Below, piece after piece: positions 28,127-36,286 of a DNA stretch of 42,115 nt. Source of the DNA: Paracoccaceae bacterium (GTDB lineage Bacteria; Pseudomonadota; Alphaproteobacteria; Rhodobacterales; Rhodobacteraceae); the NCBI GenBank assembly GCA_023254015.1, contig JALQYS010000093.1:1-42115 (forward strand). The letters run 5' to 3'. Each line of letters opens with the position of its first letter. Position 1 is the first letter of the stretch. Below the pieces are notes generated by a model. That model saw nothing but the letters and a program-made list of their open reading frames with translations, searched no databases and was not told where the DNA came from. Position numbers and translations under genes: made by a program.

Positions 28127-29431
28127 TCACCGTTTGATGTTCGTGGTTTCTTGCAGCATTTCGTCGACGGTCTGGATCACCTTGGCATTGGACGAATAGG
28201 CCCGCTGGGTCTGGATCAGCTGCGTCAATTCCGCGGCAACGTCGGTGGCCGATTCCTCACGCGAGTAGCCCACCGTCGAACCTGTCGGCCCGTCACCGGC
28301 ATCCCAAAGATAGAACGGGCCCGATTCCGGCGAGATCTGGTAGCTTTGGTCGTTCAGTGCAATCAAACCATTGGGATTGGGAACATCGACGACGGGCAAC
28401 TGATAGATCCGTCGGGTAAAGCCCTGATCGTAAACCCCATAAAGGAAGCCTTTTTCATCCACCTCGACCGAGGTCAAAGTGGCCACGGTGGTGCCGTTCT
28501 TCGAAATGGCGACAGGTGAGAAGGTGCTGGCAAGCTGTGTCATGCCATTGGCTTCACCCAGCTCACCGATATCAAGGGCGATCGTGCCGCCACCGACGCT
28601 GAGGCTGATCGCACCGGTTGCGGGATCGTAGGCCCCGCCCGATGTGGCCGTGACAGATGCCAGCGTGCCCCCGCCAAGCTCGGTGTCGTTGAAGGTCAGG
28701 ACATATTCGCCAATCACGGCCCCGCCCGAGGCGCTGTCACGCACCTGCATCGTCCAGGTATTGGAACTGCCCGTCGCCGGAACGGTGGGGGTAAACGTGA
28801 ACTCCAGAGCCTCGGACGTTCCAAGGTTGCCGAAATATTCCACCGACAGATCATGCGGCGTTCCGGCGGAACCTGCCACGCTGTCAGTGGCAGGCAGGTT
28901 GACGCCCAGACGCATCTGAGTGGTGGGGTTGCCGACATACTGGTTTGCGTTGATCCGCACAGGTTCCAGCGCAGCCATCGTGTCGCGCGGATAGGTGTTC
29001 AGGGATCCATCGGGGTTTGCCGGCCATCCCATCAGCACCTGCCCGGTTGCCGTGCGCAAGACCCCTTCGGAATCCGCCCGGAAAGAGCCGGTCGTGACCA
29101 GCGAAATCGGATAGGACCCCGAGCTGGAATTCAGCGCGCTAGCCTCGGTCACGGCAAGAAAGCCACGACCATCGATCGCCAGATCGGTGGGATTGGTCGT
29201 GGCAATCAGCGGCCCCCGATCATCGATCAGGCGAAAGTTGGTGGTCCGCACACCGCCAGCGGAATAGCTGGTTTTGGAGTTGCCATGGATCACGACGGAA
29301 TGGAAATCCGTCTGCGCACGTTTGTAGCCATAGGTGGCCGAGTTGGCGATATTGTCTGAAATGGTGGCAAGGCGGTTGGCATTTGCGTTCAGCCCGGCCA
29401 CCCCGGCATTCAGCGAGGAAGAAATCGTCAT
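28127..29431 (-). CDS. flgE: Flagellar hook protein FlgE
   Basis: GVAGLNAN...ISDNIANSATYGYK, DLAIDGRGF, TTGSF, ELTQLIQTQRAYSSNAKVIQTVDEML. Confidence 0.96.
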   Translation of the reverse strand: MTISSSLNAGVAGLNANANRLATISDNIANSATYGYKRAQTDFHSVVIHGNSKTSYSAGGVRTTNFRLIDDRGPLIATTNPTDLAIDGRGFLAVTEASALNSSSGSYPISLVTTGSFRADSEGVLRTATGQVLMGWPANPDGSLNTYPRDTMAALEPVRINANQYVGNPTTQMRLGVNLPATDSVAGSAGTPHDLSVEYFGNLGTSEALEFTFTPTVPATGSSNTWTMQVRDSASGGAVIGEYVLTFNDTELGGGTLASVTATSGGAYDPATGAISLSVGGGTIALDIGELGEANGMTQLASTFSPVAISKNGTTVATLTSVEVDEKGFLYGVYDQGFTRRIYQLPVVDVPNPNGLIALNDQSYQISPESGPFYLWDAGDGPTGSTVGYSREESATDVAAELTQLIQTQRAYSSNAKVIQTVDEMLQETTNIKR

Positions 29432-29483
29432 CGAGGGCGCCTTTCTGCAGCTTCGTGTGGGCTGCAGAGTGGCGCGCGATCCC

Positions 29484-29498
29484 TTAAGATCGGCCTAA
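29484..29498 (-). promoter_or_regulatory. CtrA-binding-site-like motif upstream of flgE
   Basis: TTAA-GATCGGC-CTAA on the plus strand (1 mismatch). Confidence 0.7.
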
Positions 29499-29521
29499 CG
29501 GATAAAATTTTCTGCTTTCGG

Positions 29522-30364
29522 TCAGCGATCCCTGCGCAAGAGGATGATCTCGATGCGGTTGTTGCGCAGCGCGGTCGGGTCGGCGGTCACGGGTTTGCGG
29601 TTGGCATGGCCTGTGACCCGCGCAACCCGGGCCAGATCCAATCCCTTGCCCTCCAGCAAAAGTCGCATTTCCTGCGCCCGCGCGGTCGAAAGATCCCAAC
29701 TCGGGTCCTCTTTCAGGGGCAGGGGATAGGCCCGCACATGCCCATTCACCGCAACCTCGTTGGTGGCAAGCGCCAGCGTGTCAGAGACCAGGCCGGCGAT
29801 ATCGCGCAAAAGCGGTGTCGGTTCGGACGACTCGGGCTGGAAGAGCGGCGTTTCCTCCAGATCAAAGACCTCGATGACCAGACCTTCGTCGGTGACACGC
29901 GTCACGACGTGGCGCATCAGGCGCTCCATCGTCATGCTTTCACCGCTTTTGGCGGCCAGGGACTTTTCAACCTCGGCCAGGTTCTGGGTTTCGGTCTGGG
30001 ACGCAGCACTGTCCATGCCCGAGGCTTCGCCCTGCGCCTTGTCAGCATCGGTCGGGTTTTGATCTGTGGCACCCGTGCCATTCTGCGCCAGCGTGTTTTC
30101 GGTGAATGTGCTGTCGCCGCCAAAGGCGCCATCCCCACCGCCCGAAACCCGGTTCACCGGGATCGTCGGATTGAAATAGTCAGCAATCCCCTTGCGTTGT
30201 TTTTCTGTCGTCGCATTCAACAGCCACATCAGCATGAAGAAGGCCATCATGGCCGTCACGAAGTCGGCATAGGCAACTTTCCAGGCACCACCATGATGCC
30301 CGCCGCCCTGAACGACCTTCTTCCGCTTGATGATGACTGGCGCGGCATTCCCCTGCCCGGCCAT
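29522..30364 (-). CDS. motB: Flagellar stator protein MotB
   Basis: HHGGAWKVAYADFVTAMMAFF with the conserved Asp; C-terminal OmpA-like domain. Confidence 0.95.
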   Translation of the reverse strand: MAGQGNAAPVIIKRKKVVQGGGHHGGAWKVAYADFVTAMMAFFMLMWLLNATTEKQRKGIADYFNPTIPVNRVSGGGDGAFGGDSTFTENTLAQNGTGATDQNPTDADKAQGEASGMDSAASQTETQNLAEVEKSLAAKSGESMTMERLMRHVVTRVTDEGLVIEVFDLEETPLFQPESSEPTPLLRDIAGLVSDTLALATNEVAVNGHVRAYPLPLKEDPSWDLSTARAQEMRLLLEGKGLDLARVARVTGHANRKPVTADPTALRNNRIEIILLRRDR

Positions 30365-30413
30365 TCACACACCCAAAGTCTTACACCCAAGCGAAGATTT
30401 ACCCGGTTCAGGG

Positions 30414-30428
30414 TTTAGCAGGGGTTAA
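30414..30428 (-). promoter_or_regulatory. CtrA-binding-site-like motif upstream of motB
   Basis: Minus strand TTAA-CCCCTGC-TAAA, then 12 nt and TAAATC. Confidence 0.7.
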
Positions 30429-30458
30429 GAAATGGCATTTTACGGAAAAGGCGGGCGG

Positions 30459-33400
30459 TCAGAGCGCCCGTCTTGGCCCGAAAAGCCACCACTTGCGGCG
30501 GGGTTTGCGCACATCGTCGGGCGACACCAGCATCAGAAGCGATGGCGTGACGATCAGCGTGAGGATGGTGGCGAAAGCCAGGCCATAGACGATGGCCGAC
30601 GAGAGCGAGATCCACCATTGCGTGGACGGCGCGCCGATGGTGGTTTCGTGGTTCAAAAGCTCAAGGTTCAGGCCAAAGGCAATGGGCAAGACGCCGAAAA
30701 TCGCGGTGAGTGCCGTCAGCACGACCGGACGCGACCTTTCGCGGCAGGTTTCCAGAATGGCTTCGATCTTGGTCATGCCCCGGTGGCGCAGATCGTCATA
30801 GGTGGCGATCAGCACGATGTTGTTGTTCACCACCACGCCCGCCAGCGCGATCACCCCGATGCCCGTCATCACCACACCGAACGGCTGGCCCATGATCATC
30901 AACCCCAGGAACACGCCGATGGTCGACATGAGCACGGCCGACAGCACAAGGCCCACCGAGATGAACTTGTTGAACTGCGCCAGAAGCACCGCAAAGATCA
31001 GGAACAGCGCCGCGACAAAGGCCTTGGCCAGGAAGGCGCCGGCCTCGGCCTGCTCTTCATCCTCGCCCGCCATGGTCCAGCGATAGCCGGCGCTGACCAG
31101 ATCACCGCTGCGGAACTCCGCCTCGACCAGCTTTGCCACGGCGTCGCGCACCGGCTGTTCCTGAACACCCGCGGCAATGCCCGCCTGAATGGTGATGGTG
31201 CGTGCCCCGTCAATCCGGGTCAGCGTGCCGACTGTGGCCGCAGGCTGGCGGGTGACGAAATTGGAGATCGGCACCGGCCCGTCGGGGGTTTCGATGCGCA
31301 ACTGGTCCAGCGCCGCGATGTTGCGCTGTTCAGGCGGCAGGCGCAGCACGATGTCCACCGCGTCGTCGCTGCCCGCCGGCCGGTATTCCGTCAGCTTCAG
31401 CCCCGAGGTGACCATCTGCACCACCGCCCCCACCGCGCCAGGCGAGGCGCCATAGCGCGCCGCCTCGGCCCGGTCGACGCGAAGCTCCCAGTCGATGCCG
31501 GGCAGGGGCAGGCCGTTTGACACATCGATCACATGGTCAATGGCCGCGACCTTTTCGGCCAGATCACGCGCCAGCGCATTCAGCCCTGCCGGATCATCGG
31601 CCGACAGCCGGATCTGAATCGCCTTGCCGGTGGGCGGGCCGGCCTGCGGCACCGACACCTCGATGTCCACCCCCGGAATCCCCACCATGGCCGCGCGCAG
31701 ATCGTTCAGGATTTCGTTCGCGTTCTTGCGCTCGCGCCAATCGACGAATTCATACTGCAAGACGCCGATCGCATCAGCCGGGGCCTCGCTGGCCCCGCCG
31801 CTTTGACTGCCGACCCGGGTATAGATCGTCTTGACCCCGGGCCAGCCCAGAATCCGTTCTTCCGCCAGTTTCACCAGCGCGTCCTTTTCGTGGATCGACA
31901 GGTTGCCGCGCGCCTTGACATACAGCAGGCCATAATCCGGCTCGACGCTGGGGAAGAACTCTACCCCCTTGCCGACCTTGCCGTAAACCACGGGCACCGC
32001 GATCAGGCTGCCGACCGCCAGCATCAGCACGATCCAGGGATGCCGGATGGCCCGGCCCACCAGCGCCATATAGGCGCCGTCCTTGTGTCGGGGCGGCTCC
32101 TTGAAGGGCCGGGCGATCAGCGCGCCCAGAACGGGCACGAAGATCAGCGCATAGGCCATGGAGGCCGAAAGCGTGGCGATCAGCGTGATCGGCATGTATT
32201 TCATGAACTCACCCACCACGCCCGGCCAGAACAGCAAGGGCGAGAAGGCGGCGATGCGGGTCATCGTGGAGGCGATGACAGGGCCGGCCATGCGATGGCT
32301 GGCCTCGGCAAAGGCCTGACGGCGGTCCTGGCCTTCGGCCATGCGGCGCTCGGCGTATTCGACGACGATGATGGCGTCATCGACCAGCATGCCGACGGCA
32401 AGGATCAGGCTGAACAGCACCACAAGGTTGACGGTCAGGCCCGCCATCTGCAGCCCCAGAATGCCCATCAGGAAGCTGGCGGGAATCGCCAGCCCGATCA
32501 GGATCGAAGACCGCACCGTCAGCGCATAGAGAATGACGATGAACACCAGCACCACGGCCGTCAGGACCGAATTCTGCAGGTCCGACAGCAGTTGCCGGAT
32601 GGTGGTGGATTTATCCTGCGAGAACGACACAACCACCCCCTCGGGCAGGTCTTTCTGCAGCGCCTCGGTCACGGATTTTACCGCGTCGACAGTCTCGATC
32701 AGGTTGGCGCCCACCCGCTTTGACACCTCGATCGCCACGGCGGGCTTGCCATCCAGCCGGGTGATGGTCTCGGGGTCTTTAAGCGTGGGGCGGATTTCGG
32801 CCAGATCCATGGCGCGGACCACGGCGGTATCACTGGCCACCACGGGCAGACGCGCCACATCCTCGACCGTTTCCAGTAGCGATGGCACCTTGATGGCATA
32901 GCGGCCCTCGGCCCCTTCCATGGACCCTGCCGCGATCAGCTGGTTGTTGGCCATCGCGCCGGCAATCATGGTATCGGCCCGCAAGCCATAGGAGGACAGC
33001 TTCGCCGGGTCGATGATGACCTCGACCAGATCATCCCGCGTGCCGCGCAGACCGGCCTCCAGCACCCCCGGAATCTCTTCGATCCGGTCGCGCAAGAGAC
33101 GCCCCGCCGCCGTCAGCACCCGTTCGGGCACATCGCCCGACAAGGTGACAACCAGCACCGGGAATTCCGAGATGTTGACCTCGTTCACCGTGGGCTCATC
33201 CACCCCCGAGGGCAGGTCGCGCCGCGCGTCATCGACCTTGTTCCTGACATCGGTCAGCGCCTTGTCCAGATCGGCGCCGGCCTGAAATTCCATCAGCACG
33301 TTGCCGCCGCCCTGATAGGCGGTCGCGGTCATCTTCTTGATGCCCTGAATCGACTTCAGCGCGGTTTCTATCGGGCGCAGCAAAAGGCGCTCGCTGTCCT

Positions 33401-33569
33401 CGGGCGAGATGCCTTCGTAATGCATCGAGACATAGATGATCGGAATCTTGATATCCGGCTCGGCCTCTTTCGGGATCGACATGTAGGCCATGGTGCCGGA
33501 CAGGATCAGAAACACCAGAACCGACAGCGTCAGCCGCGTGTTGCGGATGGCAAGTTCGACAAGGTTCAT
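30459..33569 (-). CDS. RND efflux transporter permease subunit (AcrB/AcrD/AcrF family)
   Basis: 1036 aa, IPKEAEPDI, GMLVDDAIIVVE, GVVVNNNIVL, RSRPVVLT, GLAFATILTLIVTP. Confidence 0.96.
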   Translation of the reverse strand: MNLVELAIRNTRLTLSVLVFLILSGTMAYMSIPKEAEPDIKIPIIYVSMHYEGISPEDSERLLLRPIETALKSIQGIKKMTATAYQGGGNVLMEFQAGADLDKALTDVRNKVDDARRDLPSGVDEPTVNEVNISEFPVLVVTLSGDVPERVLTAAGRLLRDRIEEIPGVLEAGLRGTRDDLVEVIIDPAKLSSYGLRADTMIAGAMANNQLIAAGSMEGAEGRYAIKVPSLLETVEDVARLPVVASDTAVVRAMDLAEIRPTLKDPETITRLDGKPAVAIEVSKRVGANLIETVDAVKSVTEALQKDLPEGVVVSFSQDKSTTIRQLLSDLQNSVLTAVVLVFIVILYALTVRSSILIGLAIPASFLMGILGLQMAGLTVNLVVLFSLILAVGMLVDDAIIVVEYAERRMAEGQDRRQAFAEASHRMAGPVIASTMTRIAAFSPLLFWPGVVGEFMKYMPITLIATLSASMAYALIFVPVLGALIARPFKEPPRHKDGAYMALVGRAIRHPWIVLMLAVGSLIAVPVVYGKVGKGVEFFPSVEPDYGLLYVKARGNLSIHEKDALVKLAEERILGWPGVKTIYTRVGSQSGGASEAPADAIGVLQYEFVDWRERKNANEILNDLRAAMVGIPGVDIEVSVPQAGPPTGKAIQIRLSADDPAGLNALARDLAEKVAAIDHVIDVSNGLPLPGIDWELRVDRAEAARYGASPGAVGAVVQMVTSGLKLTEYRPAGSDDAVDIVLRLPPEQRNIAALDQLRIETPDGPVPISNFVTRQPAATVGTLTRIDGARTITIQAGIAAGVQEQPVRDAVAKLVEAEFRSGDLVSAGYRWTMAGEDEEQAEAGAFLAKAFVAALFLIFAVLLAQFNKFISVGLVLSAVLMSTIGVFLGLMIMGQPFGVVMTGIGVIALAGVVVNNNIVLIATYDDLRHRGMTKIEAILETCRERSRPVVLTALTAIFGVLPIAFGLNLELLNHETTIGAPSTQWWISLSSAIVYGLAFATILTLIVTPSLLMLVSPDDVRKPRRKWWLFGPRRAL

Positions 33570-34693
33570 GGCTGGGCCGCCTTCTGCGCGGCTTCGGCCT
33601 CGGCCCGGGTCAGTTCCTTGACCTGCACGATCTCTCCGTCGCGCACCAGATCCTGCCCGGCCACGATCACCCGCGCGCCCTGCGGCACACCGGTGACGAC
33701 AAAGCCCGCTTCGGTGTCGTCGATCAGGTCAACCGGAAGGAAGCCGGCGATGTCCTTGTCATCGACCAGCCGCAGGCCCACCTGCCCGGCCTCGTTCAGC
33801 GTCAGAACCGACCGCGGCACGGTCAGCGCGGGCTGGGTGGCCGCGGTCAGCCGCAACTCGGCCGTCATGCCGGACGGGATCTGGCCATCCGGGTTCGGCA
33901 GATCAACCTCCAGCGCAAAGGTGCGGGTGCGGTCACTGGCCTTGCGCGCCAGATGCCGGACGGTCCCCTCCAGTTCGACCCCGGACACCAGTCGCACCAG
34001 GGCCTTGGCGCCCACGGCGACATGCGCCACGTCGCGCTCGCTGACCTCGGCCTTGACGACGATGGGATCAAGCGAGATCAGCGTGGCGATCGGCGTGCCC
34101 TGCTGCACCCATTCCCCAAGCTCCACATTCACCGCATCAACCGTGCCGGCAAAAGGCGCGGTCAGCGACAGACGGTCGGCGGCGGCCCTGGCCTGCGCAA
34201 GCGCACCCTCGGCCGCCGTCTTGGCCGCGCGGCGGGCGGTCACCTCGGTTTCCGGCAGGCTGCCCTTGGCGTTCAGCGCCTCGCCTACGGCCAACTGTTC
34301 GGCCGCCTGGGCCAGCTGATCCTCGGCCGCCTTGACGGCCGCGCGCACCTCTTGGCCTTCCAGCAGCATCACCGTCGCGCCGCGCGCCACCATGTCGCCC
34401 TGTTCGGCCCCCAACTCCTGCACCACGCCATTCGACCGAGCGGCAAGGATGGCCAGCTTGTCCGCCTCGGTCACCCCCGAAATCCGGATCAGCCGGGCAT
34501 AATCGGCCAGCTCTGCCTTCACGACCGCGACCGTGCGTTTCGGCGTCTGCGCGGCGGGCTCGGCCGCCTGGGCCTCGGCCGCGCTGGCCTCTTCGCTGCC
34601 CACCGAAGCGAAATGCCCCGTCAGCACCCAAAGCGCCGCCAGAACAAAAACCACCAACGCCAGCATCCGGTGAAGAGGAACGCGCGAAACCAT
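33566..34693 (-). CDS. RND efflux periplasmic adaptor (membrane fusion protein)
   Basis: N-terminal TM, lipoyl halves (GDMVARG; LTAPFAGTV), TRTFALEV, GMTAEL, VIVAGQ; ATG 34693 has AAGGG SD, alternatives are 34717/34720. Confidence 0.93.
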   Translation of the reverse strand: MVSRVPLHRMLALVVFVLAALWVLTGHFASVGSEEASAAEAQAAEPAAQTPKRTVAVVKAELADYARLIRISGVTEADKLAILAARSNGVVQELGAEQGDMVARGATVMLLEGQEVRAAVKAAEDQLAQAAEQLAVGEALNAKGSLPETEVTARRAAKTAAEGALAQARAAADRLSLTAPFAGTVDAVNVELGEWVQQGTPIATLISLDPIVVKAEVSERDVAHVAVGAKALVRLVSGVELEGTVRHLARKASDRTRTFALEVDLPNPDGQIPSGMTAELRLTAATQPALTVPRSVLTLNEAGQVGLRLVDDKDIAGFLPVDLIDDTEAGFVVTGVPQGARVIVAGQDLVRDGEIVQVKELTRAEAEAAQKAAQP

Positions 34694-34818
34694 GCCGATT
34701 GCCCTTGCAAAAGCCATCACACCCGCCAGCCTGCCCGGCGGTGTGAGATCTGGGCGGAAGGTTCATCGCTTTTGGCCTAAGGTCAATGCCAAGGCGCAGG
34801 TTTGGGCCCGACCGCCCG

Positions 34819-34849
34819 GTCTTTCTGCGCCACCCCGTCTTTCTGTGCC
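34819..34849. repeat. 13-bp direct repeat, period 18, upstream of the efflux operon
   Basis: GTCTTTCTGCGCC (34819-34831) and GTCTTTCTGTGCC (34837-34849). Confidence 0.7.
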
Positions 34850-34850
34850 G

Positions 34851-35555
34851 TCAGATCATCCGCAGGGCATCCTTGCCCACGGCCAGCACATAGCCCCGCC
34901 GCGCGATGGTCTTGACCAGAAGCTCGCTGACCAACTGGTTGCCCAAGGCGTCGCGCAGCCGCTTGACCCGGGTTGCGCCTGCGGCCTCGTCGCAGTCGGC
35001 CTCGCTCCGCCCCGAAACGACCGCCTCGATCTGCGCCCCGGTCAGCACCTCGTCGTCCATCCGCGCCTCGGCCAGAACGGCCAGCGTTTCCAGCGCCGCT
35101 TCGGTCAGCTGGAACTCCATGTCGTTGATATAGACCGCCCGCGCCTCGCGGCTGATGAGCATGGACGACACCTGGATACCCGCCCGCTGGATCGCCGAAA
35201 TCCGTCGGTTCAGCGCCACGATGGTGACCAGAAACACCAGGGACGCAATCAGCAGTGCCGTGGCAAAGACCAAAAGCACGAAGATGACCGACCGATAGCT
35301 GGCCAGCACCTCGGAAAAGGAGGTGCCCGATTGCGCCAGAATCTCCAAGAGTTTGATCTCGGCCCCGGTGGTCAGGTTGTCGTTTTCCACGAACAGCCGT
35401 TCCACCCGCGTGTTGAAGGCATTGGCGTCGGGCAGGTTCAGGAACAGAAAGACCGCTGCGGCCAGAAGGATCAGGACAATCGCCGCAATTCCGAAAGCCA
35501 CCACGCGGTTGCCCGCGCGCAGGCTGTCAGAAGCGGAGGAAGTATTCGGCAGCAC
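34851..35555 (-). CDS. Membrane-anchored transcriptional regulator: 2 TM helices plus C-terminal OmpR-type winged helix
   Basis: GTG start with AGGAAAGG SD; TM at about aa 18-39 and 90-115; RVKRLRDALG...LVKTIARRGYVL wHTH signature. Confidence 0.8.
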   Translation of the reverse strand: MLPNTSSASDSLRAGNRVVAFGIAAIVLILLAAAVFLFLNLPDANAFNTRVERLFVENDNLTTGAEIKLLEILAQSGTSFSEVLASYRSVIFVLLVFATALLIASLVFLVTIVALNRRISAIQRAGIQVSSMLISREARAVYINDMEFQLTEAALETLAVLAEARMDDEVLTGAQIEAVVSGRSEADCDEAAGATRVKRLRDALGNQLVSELLVKTIARRGYVLAVGKDALRMI

Positions 35556-35799
35556 TGGCTTTCCTTTCCTCCAACCCCTCGGGGCCAAAGACACTCAGCA
35601 CATTCAACAACGTCCAGCCAGCAGCGGCAAGGCGGCCCGCAAGCTCGGCCTCGGCCGCAGCCTTGTCACAGGCAGAAACCTGCGCAACGCCGTAATGCAG
35701 CCGCAGCGGATCATCCTGCTTGGCCTTGTAATCGGCATAGCATTCGGCATGCGCTGGCAGGGCCAGCAGCAGGCCAAAGGCAAGGGCTAGGGAACGCAT
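35527..35799 (-). CDS. Small secreted protein (90 aa, two Cys)
   Basis: MRSLALAFGLLLALPAHA signal peptide with AHA cleavage site; AGGAG SD; overlaps the start of the wHTH gene by 29 bp. Confidence 0.78.
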   Translation of the reverse strand: MRSLALAFGLLLALPAHAECYADYKAKQDDPLRLHYGVAQVSACDKAAAEAELAGRLAAAGWTLLNVLSVFGPEGLEERKASAAEYFLRF

Positions 35800-35984
35800 G
35801 GAAACGCACTCCTGAAAGGTCTGACCCCATCCTGCGCAGGAAGGGTGGGCTAGACAATATCGAAAAGGGTTTATGGCGTTGTTATCGCCTAGCAGAGGGG
35901 CGCTATTGCTTGGCCCGCACCGCGGCGGACAGGGTCTGGCCATCGAAAGCACAGCCGGAATCGGCAACAACAGATGAGGCAGAC

Positions 35985-36197
35985 ATGGCAAAGACGATCC
36001 CCTCGCCCACGCTGGCGGAAACAGCGCTTGGCCTTCGGACCGAGAACCCGGTGGCGCGACTGATGGCGGGCTTTACAGGGTTTGCCGTGGCCCTGACGCT
36101 GATCCTTGCCACGGTCCTGCCGGTTGAGGGGCATCGTGCCACCTGCGCGAAACCTCTGGACGGGCCGGCGACCTGCCGCACCGAATGGCAGCCTTGA
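35985..36197 (+). CDS. Small membrane/exported protein (70 aa, C-x9-C tail)
   Basis: ATG 35985 with GAGG SD, one hydrophobic segment, followed by a strong terminator. Confidence 0.6.
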   Translation: MAKTIPSPTLAETALGLRTENPVARLMAGFTGFAVALTLILATVLPVEGHRATCAKPLDGPATCRTEWQP

Positions 36198-36218
36198 AGA
36201 TCCCCCCAAGGCCTGCTC

Positions 36219-36260
36219 GGGGGGCAGAGGGCCGGGCAGCCTCTGCCCCCCTTTTTCTTT
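36219..36260 (+). terminator. Intrinsic terminator
   Basis: GGGGGGCAGAGG-9 nt-CCTCTGCCCCCC perfect 12-bp stem followed by TTTTTCTTT. Confidence 0.85.
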
Positions 36261-36286
36261 GCCCCCATCCGCGCTAGGGCAATCCC

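Noticed and set aside
29443-29469. Hairpin upstream of flgE as a riboregulator
   Set aside because: The 8-bp stem overlaps the predicted -10 region, so it may not be transcribed from the local promoter; too little support.
34772-34786. FNR or MerR operator
   Set aside because: Spacing does not fit TTGAT-N4-ATCAA, and there is no extended spacer dyad.
34692-36197. 501-aa ORF
   Set aside because: Antisense to the wHTH and secreted-protein genes; only the final 70 aa has an SD and protein-like composition.
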